Of a stretch of DNA of 64,000 bases, positions 62,735 through 64,000 are shown one piece after another. Numbering within the stretch: position 1 is the first letter of the stretch; each line of letters opens with the position of its first letter. A program made the position numbers and the translations under genes. The stretch is from a virus (taxonomy: Duplodnaviria > Caudoviricetes). Location: positions 1,766 through 65,765 of the IMG/VR virus record IMGVR_UViG_3300034198_027116; one strand, given 5' to 3'. The notes beneath the pieces were generated by a model. It made no database searches. It was not told the DNA's origin and saw only the letters and a program-made list of their open reading frames with translations.

Positions 62735-63776
62735 CGCGGTACCAAGCGAGGTTCTCGATGAGGCGCTCGTTGTCGGGTTCGAGCGTGAGGGCGCAGAGTC
62801 CGTGCTCAACGGCCACGGTGAGACGCCCGAGGTGATAAGCGGAGAGCGCCATGAGGTCGTGCGGACGCGCGCCCCATGCCTCCTTCTCGGTGAGGTACGA
62901 GTGCTGGCCATCGGTGATGCTCAGCATGCGCTGGCAGACGATGAAGCACTTCTCCCAGTCCGCGCGGTCGTGGTAGAACTGGGCGAGCTCGAGCATGGGC
63001 TCGCGCTCGTTCGACTCGTCACAGGCCATGATCAACCAGCGCTCGCGGTTCTCAGGATCGTCGACCTTGGCGAGCCCGCGATAGGAGGCGGCGCGCTCGG
63101 CTGGCCAGGTCGCCGTGGGCAACGCCAGGTGGCGTTTGTACGCCTCCACCGCCTCCGCGTTGCGCCCGTAGAACATCAGCTCCCGCGCGTAGTAGTAGGC
63201 GTTGCGGTCGTTGGTGGGCTCCTCGCGCACCGCGAGCTCGAGGAGGTCGAGGTACTGACCCCGCGACTTGGTCGGGTCGGGGTAGTGGTGCACCTCCATG
63301 CCCTCGACGTTCACCCACCGCTCCTCGGTGCGGTCGGGCTGGAGGATCTCGTGCACGGGGTTCTTCCAGCGAAAGCCGTGCCGCGCGTGGATCTTCTCGT
63401 ACCAGTAGGTGACGCCCGGGTTGCCGTCCTCGTCGTGGTTCCACGTGTAGAGGTACCGTCCGTGGTTTGCTTGGCCCCACTGCGCTTCGAGCGCCTCGCG
63501 CCAGCCCGGGCGGAGCACCTCGTCTACGTCCACGCTCACGCACACGTCGGCGTCGGCCGGGAGCAGTGCGAGCGCGGCGTTGCGCGCGTCGTCGAAGCGC
63601 CACGGGCTCACGCTGATCCGGTGAACCGTGATGCCGAGGGTCTCAGCGGCGATCACGGTGTCGTCGGTGGAGCCGGTGTCCACGAGGACGATCTCGTCGG
63701 CGTCCTTGGCGGAGTCCCACCACCGCCACACGAACTGCGCCTCGTTCTTGGCGATCGTATAGACGACGATCTTCAC
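62721..63776 (-). CDS. GT2 glycosyltransferase with TPR repeats
   Basis: IAKNE, DTGSTD.T, FDDARN, DVDE, W..PVHE; TPR C-terminus. Confidence 0.9.
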   Translation of the reverse strand: MKIVVYTIAKNEAQFVWRWWDSAKDADEIVLVDTGSTDDTVIAAETLGITVHRISVSPWRFDDARNAALALLPADADVCVSVDVDEVLRPGWREALEAQWGQANHGRYLYTWNHDEDGNPGVTYWYEKIHARHGFRWKNPVHEILQPDRTEERWVNVEGMEVHHYPDPTKSRGQYLDLLELAVREEPTNDRNAYYYARELMFYGRNAEAVEAYKRHLALPTATWPAERAASYRGLAKVDDPENRERWLIMACDESNEREPMLELAQFYHDRADWEKCFIVCQRMLSITDGQHSYLTEKEAWGARPHDLMALSAYHLGRLTVAVEHGLCALTLEPDNERLIENLAWYRGERA

Positions 63777-64000
63777 GAAAACCTCTTGAGGACGCGGAAG
63801 TTATCCTTGTAGCGGTGGATGGACTGCCGCGTGGCGCGAAGCCAGGCACGGCGATGCTCGTCGGTGTTGACTCCGGTGCGTGCCGTCCAGTCGTCGCGCT
63901 TGAAGGGAATGAGCTGCACGAACGGCAACCCGTTCTCGAGCGTGCCGGTGTAGCCCTGGCGCACGAGGAACGGGAAGTTGACCGGCTGCGGGTAGGTGTC
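63773..64000 (-). CDS. 3' end of a DUF6065-like protein (truncated by the window)
   Basis: VNFPF...G.PFVQLIPFKRD.W. Confidence 0.55.
   Translation of the reverse strand, partial: DTYPQPVNFPFLVRQGYTGTLENGLPFVQLIPFKRDDWTARTGVNTDEHRRAWLRATRQSIHRYKDNFRVLKRFS

Overview
This 64 kb window is a contiguous stretch of a large, high-GC tailed dsDNA phage genome with a contractile tail. The host is probably actinobacterial, judging from an Rpf domain, Ku, leaderless genes and a DnaE-type polymerase. No integrase, terminase, portal or capsid gene lies in the window. There are three blocks. (1) About 1-22 kb, + strand, early/host-takeover genes driven by five near-identical strong promoters (-35/17 bp/CARTATGG-TAnnnT); they include an ATP-dependent ligase, Ku, a MoxR-type AAA+/vWA pair, SLT and Rpf muralytic enzymes, a HicA-like protein and a pyrimidine-dimer glycosylase. 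(2) About 22-39 kb, replication/recombination: HNH, a NiCoT-like Ni/Co transporter, Cas4-like nuclease, resolvases, RecA, DnaE, SSB, primase, DnaB, UDG-like, metallophosphoesterase, MerR, RuvC. (3) About 39-64 kb, - strand, PBSX/Xkd-like tail and baseplate, three tail-collar fibres and glycosyl/methyltransferases. The most striking signal is non-coding. Two type III hammerhead ribozymes (2561-2619, 4984-5047) each sit directly behind a GC hairpin that follows one of two paralogous acidic proteins. The second has an inserted core nucleotide, a loop-loop pseudoknot and a downstream 19-nt antisense arm able to sequester its core. Also notable are several other structured intergenic RNAs, a dispersed 27-bp palindrome (4 copies) and strong TG/CA avoidance in the first ~400 bp. 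All family assignments come from motif recognition by eye; no database search or folding program was run.
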